In this document: positions 1-11,070 of the stretch, one piece after another
Position numbering within the stretch: the first letter of the stretch is position 1
How the letters are laid out: the number at the start of each line of letters is the position of its first letter
Assembly: GCA_964247055.1 (NCBI GenBank)
Contig: OZ176051.1
Coordinates: 14,880,001-14,944,000, forward strand
From: Paragordius varius
Lineage: Eukaryota; Animalia; Nematomorpha
Reading direction: 5' to 3'
DNA: 64,000 bases
Position numbers and translations under genes: made by a program
The notes under the pieces: model-generated
The model's database searches: none
Seen by the model: only the letters and a program-made list of their open reading frames with translations
What the model was told of the DNA's origin: nothing

Positions 1-358
1 TTGAAAAATGGGTAGTTTTTTTTATTTCACAAAGTATGCAGATATTTCAATTTTGATAACTCAAAAAAATCTAAAAAATATAGTTGGATAAAATGCATAC
101 CTATTTATTCTAAAAAACTTTTAATTTTGCATGCATGTTTTAGGAATTTTCTATTTTTTAACAGGGGTTGTGTAAACCCCTTTTAATGCCAAAAGATTGA
201 AGCAACATTACTCAAACCTATAAATTATTTGCTAAATATACTTTACTTTCTCTACTTCAATTTACAGAATTCAAAAATTCACAATATTTTTAAATTTATG
301 CCACTTTGAAATTTTAATAAGTCTACTAGGAGCAGACTTATATTTTTATTCAAAAATG

Positions 359-460
359 TAAGCATAAGGACGTAAGCATAAGGATGTAAGCATAAGGACG
401 TAAGCATAAGGATTTAAGCATAAGGATTTAAGCATAAGGATTTAAGTATAAGGACGTAAG
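359..460. repeat. 14-bp minisatellite (TAAGCATAAGGAYK) x7.3
   Basis: Seven full 14-nt units (taagcataaggacg/-tg/-tt, one taagtata variant) plus a partial unit, with no spacers. Confidence 0.95.
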
Positions 461-463
461 TAA

Positions 464-997
464 TACTTACCCGAACATGGGTCATTCATTCCACTCCTTC
501 GATTCAAATTAGGGTAGTTGATTACCTCAGGCTTGTTTAAAATTAAATTCTTTAATATAGAATAAATCAAAACCATGGCAAAACTTTGCACTTACATAAC
601 ATTATAAACCGAAATAAAAACTTAATTTAAAAATTGATAGTATTTAAGGTAAAATTCAAAGGTAAAAATTTAATCAACGTGACATGTGTACTTTGCCTCA
701 ATAAAAAAACAATAAAAAAAAAACCAATTTTTTATTTTATCAATGCTATATGTGATTTAAATAAATAATTAGCTTTAAGTATACCTTTAAAAAATGAAGA
801 CGATATTTTATAAAAAATAAGGTCGAAGTAGTTATAACTTTTTCATAATATAATTTATTTAATATTTTAACTTATTTATATATATTTTATTAGGATAGAA
901 GCATAAATTTAAATTCAGACCGTTTCCTTCTGTAGTTTTATAAAAATATTAAATTAAATTTCTGGGATATTTAGGTACCCCGATTTGAATTGAAGTG
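464..997 (-). mobile_element. Diverged inverted copy of the ~580-bp CAC..GTG MITE found in every array unit
   Basis: The reverse complement matches 20195-20771 along its length (acgtgacatgtgt, aatgaagacgatatttt, gaccgtttccttc, ggtaccccgatttgaattgaagtg) and ends in AAGTG at 997. Confidence 0.75.
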
Positions 998-1479
998 TTA
1001 AATAAATACATTTTCACATACACCTGAATCATAAGGATCTAGAACCATAATGCTTTTTGTACGATTACTTTAATCATTGCTTTTATATGCGAAAAAAATT
1101 ATTTTAATTTAAATATATATATTATAGATGTACATAGCTTAACCACACTGATTTATCAACAACATAAAGATTGTTTATTTATGTAGTTCTGGATCTGAGG
1201 CTCCAATGAGTTATGGGTGGCCGATAATTAGCTACATCCTTTACTTGTTATGACAGGTAAGCACCAAAAAAATCTTTACATACCAATCATTAAATTTCTT
1301 TGCCTTATTTATATTATTCTTAATATTAATTGTATTTGCAGTGGCTTATAAATATATTCAAAAAATTGCATTTCTACAATAACAAATTATTTTTTTTATT
1401 AATAATAATATTCTATAACACTGCCTCTAAAATCGGGGGGTAGATGATGTGTATATATTTTAATAAAAAAATATATCAG

Positions 1480-1780
1480 AGTGCTTTTGGTTATAGTTCT
1501 TACCAGTAATAAAAGAAAGTTATTTACACTTTTGTGGTAGGTGCCTCATATCAGAAAATGGCAAATTCACTCACATTTTTTTTAATTTTTTGGTGAAAAC
1601 AAGCAATTCAGTACAAAAATATCACTATGATATATCATACACTCATATAAAACCTAAAAATATATTCAAGAAAGTTTGTTTTTAGATGTTGGCTCCGAAA
1701 GTCCCAAATTTTTCTACTCTTCCAAAATGAGCCCTCAAATAAACATAAAATAGCCTTACTTGCGCGATAAAAACTTAAAT
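1480..1780 (-). repeat. Fragment of a dispersed repeat family also present at ~24580-24850 and its array copies
   Basis: The reverse complement shares ttcggagcc, aaaaatgtg..ttgccat..ct.atatg..gcac and aaaagtgtaa, in the same order, with 24580-24850. Family not identified. Confidence 0.5.
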
Positions 1781-2357
1781 GTTTAATTTTAATATTAATT
1801 AAAAATATATTCTAAAAATGCGTATTTTTTAAAAATTTTGTTTAAGCGTACTCAAAACTATTTTGAAGCATGATGGAAACGGTATATAAATGCTTTAAGA
1901 CATTATATAAACACTTTGTATAATGCGATGGTTCTGCATTTTTATCACCTCGATCTTGGTCTAATGTTAAATATATGGTGTTTTTAAAAAAAATCACCAA
2001 TTTTTAAGCAAGTGGACATTCAACTAAAATCAAGCAATAGGTATGTTCAGCATCATCGGATTATCTATAAAATAAATATCTTCAAGCGTCGTAAACCCGT
2101 TTCGATCATTCATAATAGAAGTACGCTTCAACAAAATTGGTATTAAATACACCCTTACCATAATGCTTCATATTTGTTAATAATTTATACCATAAATCCA
2201 CGTAAATACGGTGAGGGATTTCATTCCGCTTACGAAGCAAATTTTTAAAATAATTAAACTATCTATCATTACCTTTCCATAGCAATATATTGATTAACCC
2301 AAAATGTTTGCATTAATCCATTGTTTCAAATCAACTTATCAAGCAAATTTTTTTTAC

Positions 2358-3174
2358 CAGGGCTGTGAACCCGAGTTTAAATTTAAAACCGGTTCCGAAA
2401 CGATTTTTAAAATTTAAAGGTTCTGGTTCTCGCATTTTTTCGGGTTTAGAACCCAATGTAGAATAAAAGCGGTCTTAAAATTGTTCCAATCATATATTCA
2501 AATATTTGATAAATATCCAAACCTGTAAACATATATTATCAAATTAATTAAATTAGATAATTAAATCACCGATTGGGTAAGTGTAAATTCAAGTTTGTTT
2601 TTGTTTGAACCACTAATTATAAACAAAATATACCGTTGAGAATCTTCCGCCAGAATAACCCAACTTTACATGCTTAATTAAATTAAGTTGTATAATCCCT
2701 TCATTTATAATCCACATGAAACGTTTGCTGTTTACTCGTACTTCGAAACACTTGCACATACTGGTTTGTATATCCTATATCAATTGCAAAAATAATGTCA
2801 TTTTAAGGATTCAAATAAAAAAGGTACAGATATATTTTCCAATTATTTAAGAGCCTAACAAAACAATACTTAAAGCTTTGACATAATGTATTAAAAAACA
2901 AAACCGGTTAAAACGGTTCTTAAATAATTTTACTGGTTCCGGTTCCTGTTCCTTACATTTTTTCTGTTCCAAAATGGGGTTTTTAAAAATTGGAGCATGT
3001 TTCAAAAGGGTTCGTGAAATTTTAACCCTGTTCCGGCTCTCATCGTATAACAACATTTCTGGTTCTACTTTTTTTAAGTGAAGATTTGTTAATTGGTTTA
3101 AAAGGATGTAAAGGATTCTTAAAATAAAAAAATCACATAATTTAAAAACAATCCAATTAATAATTAACACTCTG
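2358..3174. mobile_element. Possible hAT-like non-autonomous DNA element
   Basis: Starts CAGGGCTGTGAAC and ends ...CACTCTG. AACCGG/GGTTCC-like motifs cluster near both ends. The TIR is weak and I found no 8-bp TSD. Confidence 0.35.
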
Positions 3175-5073
3175 GCTCCAAGGACATACTGAGATTAAAA
3201 TTACATTTTTATTCATTTGGTTAATAACAATAAAATTAGCCATTGTTTAAAAAAATATATCCTCTTCTTTTAGAGTAAGTTATTAGACAAATCATTTCCC
3301 ATTAAGACGTTATTCGACCATCTAATTGTTTTCCTGATCCTCTATGCTGTATGATAGCAGACAGGTTCTGTCGACGACATCGCCTGCTCGCCATCCTGGA
3401 CCATGTTCGCTTTAAATCATTATCTGTCGGTCTATTGAGAACTGACGACGCGGTCTGGGTGGGTATAAGGCTTTTGCTTTCGTGTTTATCCAGGTCAATG
3501 GTGTTTGGGATATTCATATGAAGAGCAATTAGGGAGTTTTTGTAATAGAGTGGATTGAGTTACACTAAAATCATAAAATAGTATTAAAGGCTTCTTGAGG
3601 TGTAATATTATAATTTTTGATTTTTTTATATTTGCCCTTCAGGGTCCCCACTAACCACCTTTCTACCATCTCATTACTTTTATAATGATAAGGGGTTACC
3701 CTCACGTGTTTGATACCCAACTTCCAGAGTTGACGAAAAATACGAATTATTAAAATAGGAAGCATTGTCATTTATTACCGTCCTCGATAACGCAAACCTG
3801 GCAAGGTTTCCTCGAGTTTGTGTGTTATATTCACCGATTTAATTCTTATTAGCTTGTTTCTGACCACTTTGATGCGCTTCAATAAGCAACAACTAGAAAT
3901 ACCCATCAACTGGACAAGCTATATCAATGTGCAAGCGCTCCCATATTACAGCATTCGGATCCCATTGGTAAGTGGGGTTTTTACATAAATTTGGATTGTT
4001 TACCTGACACGACTACATTTACTGCACATATTACTAAATTTCTCTAACTTTGGCCAAAATGATTAGCCATCGCTTTCATCGTTTCCACATTATTATGACC
4101 GCTGTTCAAATAATTAACCACACTGGCGGGTCAACTTTCCGGAATAATGATTCGATCGTCTATACTTAACAATCTCCGTATAGATACGTTTCTCCTTTCC
4201 GGTTCGTAAACTCTGCCAACTCAACATCACTCCAATCTTGATTATGAATCGCCTTGATTACCTTTTGCAAAATTTTAACCTTAACTGTCTTTCTCCCCAT
4301 CTCATCTCGATTTAAATGATTATGGCAATTTAGAAACCTTAGATGTCTCGCCATATCCATATCAATTGAGTGAATATTATCTTATAATCGATTCTATTTT
4401 TCGGACCCGCCTGATAACTTTATTTAAAATCATAATCATCCAGTCGGTGTAAAACTTTTTCCTTATGAATTGCTTTCAAAATTCTGTCTATTGATCAACG
4501 TAACAGTGGTAGGTGTTCGTCAAATTTTCAAACTCCATAGACGAAGTTATAAACTTTATAATGCAAAAACATAACCTTTAATTCCTTTTCTATCGAATAT
4601 AATTCAGTTCTGTGACTTTCTTAATGGGCAATAAATTTCCTTTCACCATTTAACACATAACTTAGAATGCATCCAAACCCTTTGTCTGAGACATCGGTTT
4701 CAATTTTTAAGTATCTATCCGGATTGTATGGTTTAAAAACACTTGTTCACTTCACGATTCCACTGCTGCTCAACTTTTCTCATGTTATTCCGACTAGCAC
4801 CATCTGACGTTCTTACTTGTTAAACTATGTAAGTTAGTTACAATCAATTCAAGCTTGGATATAAATCTTTCATGAAATGTTTAAAATACTAAAAAATGTC
4901 TTAAATATATCTAAAAATCATTGATTGCGTACGTTAATTTACCTTATCCCAATACCATCATTACTCATTTCAAATCCCAGATAACTTATTGTTTTCCTAT
5001 TCATTTATCATAATTTGAACCCTGCCAATGCTAACCGATTTAAAACATTGTTAAGATATTTAATATGTCCCTA

Positions 5074-6489
5074 CTAGCTGGCCCTGTAACGCTTTGCTGT
5101 GACGTAGTCTTACCGATAATTATACTTATAATTTGCAATAAATTGAGGTAATGAAGATAAAATAATGAAAAACATATTAATTAAAAAAATGTCTTTAATT
5201 AATCTTTTGCGGGTTTATGCATAGGCTCAAATATTGTTTATTCGAAATGACCATAATTAAAATGTCCATTATGAAAGGTAATATTCAAATATCATTGGAT
5301 TTAATTTAAGATTTTCATTTTCTAAATTATGGATAAAGGTTTTATTTTGAAATTGTGTTCACACAGCTGGGATCAAGGGATAAAAGTCACTCATTTTTGG
5401 TCCCTTTAAGTTAAAGAATGATATACAAATTCGCCAGAAATGTGTTTAATTGAACTCGTATGTCTTCATAAGTTTGAATCAGTCCAAAACCCCGCCATTT
5501 TTGTATTGCGTCTCAGTTTTCAACCGGTAGACCACTACCCATAGACCTAAATGGAAAAGCGCTGAGTTGAATTCTTTGTCTTTATAGGGCAAATATTTGA
5601 AATCATCTTTGATACCATCGTCTCATGGGGTTTTCAAAAAAATACTTGAACACTAAATAATCGTTATGTGATGGAGTTTTTTAGTGGCATAAGGGCCCCA
5701 AATTAACGGCTGATTAAAAAAGCCCGACCTTAATTTTTATCTAGTAACCGGTAATACAAGCTTTTAATCATATGGCTTCATAAATTTTCTGTAAATAAGT
5801 TTAACAAGAACTCAATTTCTATATAGTGTCGCAGTTTTTAGCGGGTAGCTTCTTACCCATGGGGAAAGCGACGGGCAAAATTTTTGACTTTATTTGGGGA
5901 ATATCTGGAATTAATATGAATTTTATATGTTTTAATTAGATACATAGGTTTTCTGAAATTTGGCTCCAAAGGCATGCTTCGATATGATGTCGCAGTTTTA
6001 TGCGGGTAGCCCCCTAACCAGGGGCGAAACAAAAAAACGCTCGAATAAAATTTTTGCCTTAATTCGGGTAATACCTGGAATCATGACTGATTCTGTAAGC
6101 TCTCGTGTGATTTTCAATTGCCTCAAAACCAAAGTCATTCTATGGTGGCGCATTTTTCAGGGCAAGGGTCTAATTAAGGGGTAACATAACAAAACCAGTC
6201 TTTTTAATTTTGTCTTTTTACGTGTATTGTTTCAAGCCCTTATTGAACTCATATGGCCTGAGAAGTTAAATTCTCCAAAGTCAGGCTGTATCGATATGGT
6301 ACGGAGTTGCTGGCGGTAGCCCTACCCAGATGCCAATATAAAAAAGTCGTTAGATAAAAAATTTTGCCTTTTATAGGTGAATGCCTATTGTCGTGGCGAT
6401 TATTTATTTCAAAATTTGGATTTGAAGGGGTATATCGGTTTTCCGGCAGATCACAAAGCCAGCATTTTTTATTTTTATAAATATATAGA
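5074..6489 (-). mobile_element. Complete non-autonomous Helitron (1,416 bp)
   Basis: On the minus strand the 5' end is A|TCTATATATTTATAAAAAT and the 3' end is GTCACAGCAAAGCGTTACAGGGCCAGCTAG|T (imperfect hairpin plus CTAG). It sits between A and T with no TSD. Removing it rejoins the Gypsy RT frame (ISKSE*GHIKYLNNVLNRLALAGFKL). Confidence 0.88.
5350..6400. repeat. Degenerate ~160-bp tandem repeat inside the Helitron (~6 units)
   Basis: Motif gtcgcagtttt..gcgggtagc..aaaatttttg.cttt recurs at ~5507, 5667, 5827, 5988, 6144 and 6297. Confidence 0.7.
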
Positions 6490-8489
6490 TTCCGATTTGC
6501 TAATCACTAAAACATCATTTAAATATAGGTGCCGGGACAATCTTTTATAACCTGGTCCATGACTCGCTAAAATATTATCGGTACTGTTGACAATCCTAAA
6601 GGCATTCTTTTGTAGCGGAAAAATCCTTTGTGCATTGCAATCGTTAGGAGGTGTTGCGATTTTTTAGCTATGGGCATTTGGAGGTAGGCATCTTTCAGAT
6701 CAATCTTACTGAAAACTTCTTCGCCAATCTTACTTACTAAATCATCAAACGTTGGAATGATATGAGAATCCTCAGTCAGCCACTTGTTGATCGTAACTCT
6801 ATCGCTACAAACTCTTACCTCTCCATTCGCTTTGAGCACATTGACGGTGGGCGTGGCCCATGTAAGAGGTGTGAGAATGGGATCTATTGGTTCCAAAATG
6901 TCTAACTTCTGAAATCTTAATTGGCTCTTGACTTTTGCCCTTAAAAACGGCACTTGTCGTTTAGGCCAAGGAGGAGGCGCTGGAAGTTCTATGAATTTTT
7001 ACCGGCTTACCGTAACAGCCTAATTCTTTTTTAAACAGATTAGGAAAATTTATATTATCAAGTTTAAGAAAGTTAATTCGTATTTAGGAATGCCGATGGT
7101 GAATCTCGAGATCCAATCCTAGGGGCGGTGACATGACATCCTCTCTTTCAGTACATAATATTCGCGTCCCCCAAGTTTTGCCCATTGATTTGCACTGTGA
7201 CTGTTGTTACGCTCAGTAAGGGTACTATACTATTATTGTAGGATTTCATTGGCGGTATGTTTTAATGTTTGGCTTACCAATGCTTCGATGTCTCGAAATT
7301 GATTACACTGATATCGGCTCCCGTGCAGATAAATTCTCGTTATGTGTTGTTTATAATCATTTTTACTGTCTATGGCACATTGGCATTACTTTTTTATGGA
7401 TCTGGCTGTTGAACATACTCCTGGCAGCGTTTTTCATTCTACACATTTTGGCGTAATGGTTGCATTTTAGGCATTTATTGAGATTGCGGTTGGACATTTG
7501 TTTGGTCCATGGACACTCCCACAACGGTTGCATGAAGGTGTTAGAGGTTTTGCTGCTGCTATGATGAACGCGTCGCCTTATTATTAGTGTAGTGTAATCT
7601 TAAACTATTACCATTGTTATAATTGTTATCATCATTATTATTTAAGGACCGGCCCTAGCAGCCTCGTGTGCTAGTGCAAGATCTCCTGTCGTTTCTAGTG
7701 GCAATGGTTGCCCGTTGATCGCGACATCGAGGTACCTCAGATGTATATCGTTTTCCAGTTGAGGTTGCCTTAAACCAATGAGGAAGGCATCCTGAATACG
7801 TTCCTCAATCGAATCATTAAACTTCGCCTCCCGGATGCTATCTTAACCCGTTCTAAGAATGGAGTAAAAGATTCAGTATTGCACCGCCCAAGTCGAAAAA
7901 ATTCAAATCGACTTTGGAATTTCGATGTGGGATTATAATTTTTTAGGCCGTTGCCTTAATCTTGCTCCTTTCGGAGACAATCGTTGATTGATTTTGCGCC
8001 AACCAACAGACCATCATAAGCGAGAAAAAAAGCTTTTTTGAGGGCTTGTCTGTTACTGGAATCTCCTTAGTTTCCATTGTCATATAATCAACATATTCTT
8101 CAAAATTATAATTATATTTCTCAATGCATAGTTTGGCGAAATTGGCAATTCGCGTCGTCATTTGAGTTCAGAATTCTCTTGACCATCGAGGTTATGTTAG
8201 GTTAGATCATAGAGATAGTGTATAAAAATGATAATGCTATTAGAAAAATAGAGTTATATATATACAAATGAAGGTAATTTACAGGATATCTAAAGATAAT
8301 CCATGACGGTATTTGCATGATATGCATAACTATACGTGTAACCTAATAGATATGTTATTTGCATCTTAATACAAAAATATGGATATTATCATCACAACAA
8401 TTTGTATCATGCATACGTAATAAAAATCTAACAAATTTACATAAGTAACAGCAACACTTAGCTTATTCTATATATATTTATTATGTATA

Positions 8490-9130
8490 TTTTGTGATGT
8501 CCAATTGTGTTATCAGATATCCTTTGCGTTATTTTACAGAGAAGTGATGTGGATAATTGGAAGGAGTAAGCAGCTTTATGTGACCCATTTTGTTTAAAAT
8601 TTCTGCTGTGTCATTATTGTTTTTAGTTTAAACAATGTAAATTGTATTTATCATTTAGTCAAGGCTTTTTATATTAGCCATTTATAATTGTTAGATACTT
8701 TTTTCGTTTAATGACAAGCAGGGGGTTTGCTTTTCCCATGTTTGTTAAATTTGTTTTGTTCTGGTACCCTTATATAGAGTCTAGGGTGTCTTAACGAAGT
8801 CAGGGTTACTTTTTTATTGTGGTGAATCGTCACATGTGTGTGCTAGTTTGTGCGTTGGATTTATATTTTTACAGTTTAGCAATCAAAGTTTATTTGTTCG
8901 ATCTATTAACAGATAATTTTGAAGGATTGTTTGATATTTGCATTTTTGAATTTATCTTGACTTTGTCGCATATGGCGCTTGGATTCGCCGGATTTCATCA
9001 TTTATTTGTATTTATAGTCCATGGTATTAATTTTATCGACGTCATCCGTAAAATTCATTTCGAGGGTTGTTTGTTAGAAATGTTTTTTGATAGTATGCTT
9101 TTTATAATGATTAATTAGGGACTAAGCACA
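8490..9130 (-). mobile_element. Heavily decayed non-LTR (LINE-like, AP-endonuclease) remnant
   Basis: Broken minus-strand translation gives AQTSTHM..FVKTP.TLYK and LLTPSNYPHHF, reminiscent of the ETH and PTHF motifs of LINE endonucleases. The segment is also homologous to 25070-25420. Confidence 0.35.
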
Positions 9131-9749
9131 GACCCGTTATTTGTTCCAAAAGCTTTTCTCTTATTTGCGTGCATACTCTTTGTGTGTTTTTACATATATA
9201 AGCAGTATTGTGTCGATTAAAAACCGTAAAAATCAAAATGCAACTAACTATTTAAACCATTTATATTTAAATTACCAAAATAAGCAACAGAGATGTGAAT
9301 TGGTATCACTCAATTATATATTTAAAAAATGTAATTATAGATAGTTTATAAAGAAAATGAAAGTTTAAAGAACATGGGTTTGTAAGAAAATATGCGGCTT
9401 TATTTACATTTTTGTCCTTAAAGTCATATCGCCTTCTTTCTGCGGTGTTATCTAGGATCTTTTTCAAAAAATACATATTTATATTTTTAATTACAAAATA
9501 TCCCAATTTTTGCGTTTAGTTTAATCTTGTACTTTTTAATTTTATACATGCGCTAATAGCAAAGGCCAGTTTTCTTATAATCAGTAAAATTATTAGTTGT
9601 ATTAAAGGGCATGTTACCTAAATTACTTAAGTATAATTGAATTATTTAATAGATAGAAAACACTATCCGAAATCTATTTTTTTCCAATTTTCTAGTTTTA
9701 ATATAAATCAATTATACGTCCTTTTTTATCGTAAATTAATAATCCAGAA

Positions 9750-11070
9750 TTTATATAATATTGAATATTTCCGAATCGAATGGGGAAAGTGTTTTGGATA
9801 TAGCCCATCTGTTGAAATCTACCGTATAATGAACCCGAGTATATTGAGGAGCAAGCACTCAGCATGCATCAACTTTTTAACAATGGACTTAAACATATAG
9901 CGGATAAAAAAATACTTTACGGGACGAGTTTTTGATGACATTGAGAGCGACTTTGGCCTCCAATTTTAAATGCAATATTAAGTATAAGAAACGAAATACA
10001 AAAATCATAGGGTTACTGTATTAGGACGATCGTCTTATTTTGCCGAGAGCTTTGCGCAATGAAACGTTAGGACATTTGTGGGCATATAGGGTTTATTGGC
10101 GAGGTATAAACCAAGATATTGGAAGTTATGTGAGATCTTTATGGAGTGTCAATTAAACCGGAGTAACATAAAAAGAAATCCCACGTCCAAATGGAATTTC
10201 AATACGTGTATATGGGAACGGATATATCTAGATATTGACGAACCTCTAGATGTATTTTATTGGTTAATGGCTATCGATAGTAGCTACAGATGGGTTAAAG
10301 TCAGTTATTAAGAAATCTTAATACCGCAAACATATTTCATTGGTTTTAATGAGTAAGGTACGGGTTTTCGCGAATGATAGTTTATGATAATGCGTCATTA
10401 CATCAAATGACTTTGATGAAACCTTGCCATGAGCACACACGAAACTGTCACCACCAGTGCTTTCTATCATCCACTGACAAATAGGCTGGTTGAACGTGTT
10501 ATTTACACCTTAAAACCACACTATAAATAGCTAACGAATTCCAAGCTGCCTTCAGACAAATAAATAAATCGTGGTATGTGCATATCCTTACAAAAGAATG
10601 TCCGTATAACTTATTTTAAAAGAGATATTACTAGCCCTTTTTCTTGGGTTAGAGGAACACCTTCGCAACAATTCGATGACGATATCACACCCATTAAAAT
10701 TTTCATACCGAACGAAGAGGTGTACATAAGGAATGAAATAAATACGGAATGGAAAGATTCAATTTTGGAGAAAACACAGTTTTCGTAAATGGTAAAAGAT
10801 GAAAATCGAACCCTTCGCAAACATGCGTATTTAATTACCGCCCACTCCTCGCGAAGAATGGAGATGGGGATGATGGTGTTTTAATGAAAAACCAAACTGT
10901 TGAGTGCAATATAACAACCAATAATCGAGAAATATGGGTGGAACAAACTAATGGATAGGATAAAGATAGACCCATGGCGAAATAAAAACGGAAAGACAAC
11001 CGAAAATAACCAGAATAAAATCCCCTTAGGGAAAAATAAGCACCGGATCGGCTTGGATTCGGATAAGTAG
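9750..11070 (+). mobile_element. Decayed Gypsy RNaseH-integrase remnant (plus strand)
   Basis: VYWRGINQDI (zinc-finger region), WERIYLDIDEPLDVFYWLMAIDSSYRWV (IN core), IFIPNEEVYIRN and the tail PLREK*APDRLGFG*. Confidence 0.8.

Larger units (their letters stand above)
3261..8161 (-). mobile_element. Decayed Ty3/Gypsy (Mag/K02A2.6-type) LTR retrotransposon, gag-PR-RT-RH-IN, interrupted by a Helitron
   Basis: Gag segment ERIQDAFLIGL and knuckle CNRCGSVHGPNKC (~7500-7540); protease remnant TGADISVI (~7300); RT ORF 6567-6953 (WATPTVNVLK, FSKIDLKDAYLQ, YKRMPLGL); integrase remnants 3302-4360 (TPYHYKSNEMVER); purine tract at 3261-3271. Many stops and frameshifts. LTRs not resolved. Confidence 0.9.

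Noticed and set aside
359-460. CRISPR-like array
   Set aside because: Contiguous 14-bp units with no unique spacers, no cas genes and a eukaryotic context.
2000-2170. Possible endogenous bunyavirus-like RdRp (GC..Y..SV and SDD)
   Set aside because: The motifs fall in different, stop-ridden frames with the wrong spacing; a chance match is likely.
8152-8161. Primer-binding-site-like TGACGACGCG upstream of the left Gypsy gag
   Set aside because: It resembles the TGGCGACG PBS of Mag-type elements but is mismatched, and no adjoining LTR could be delimited.
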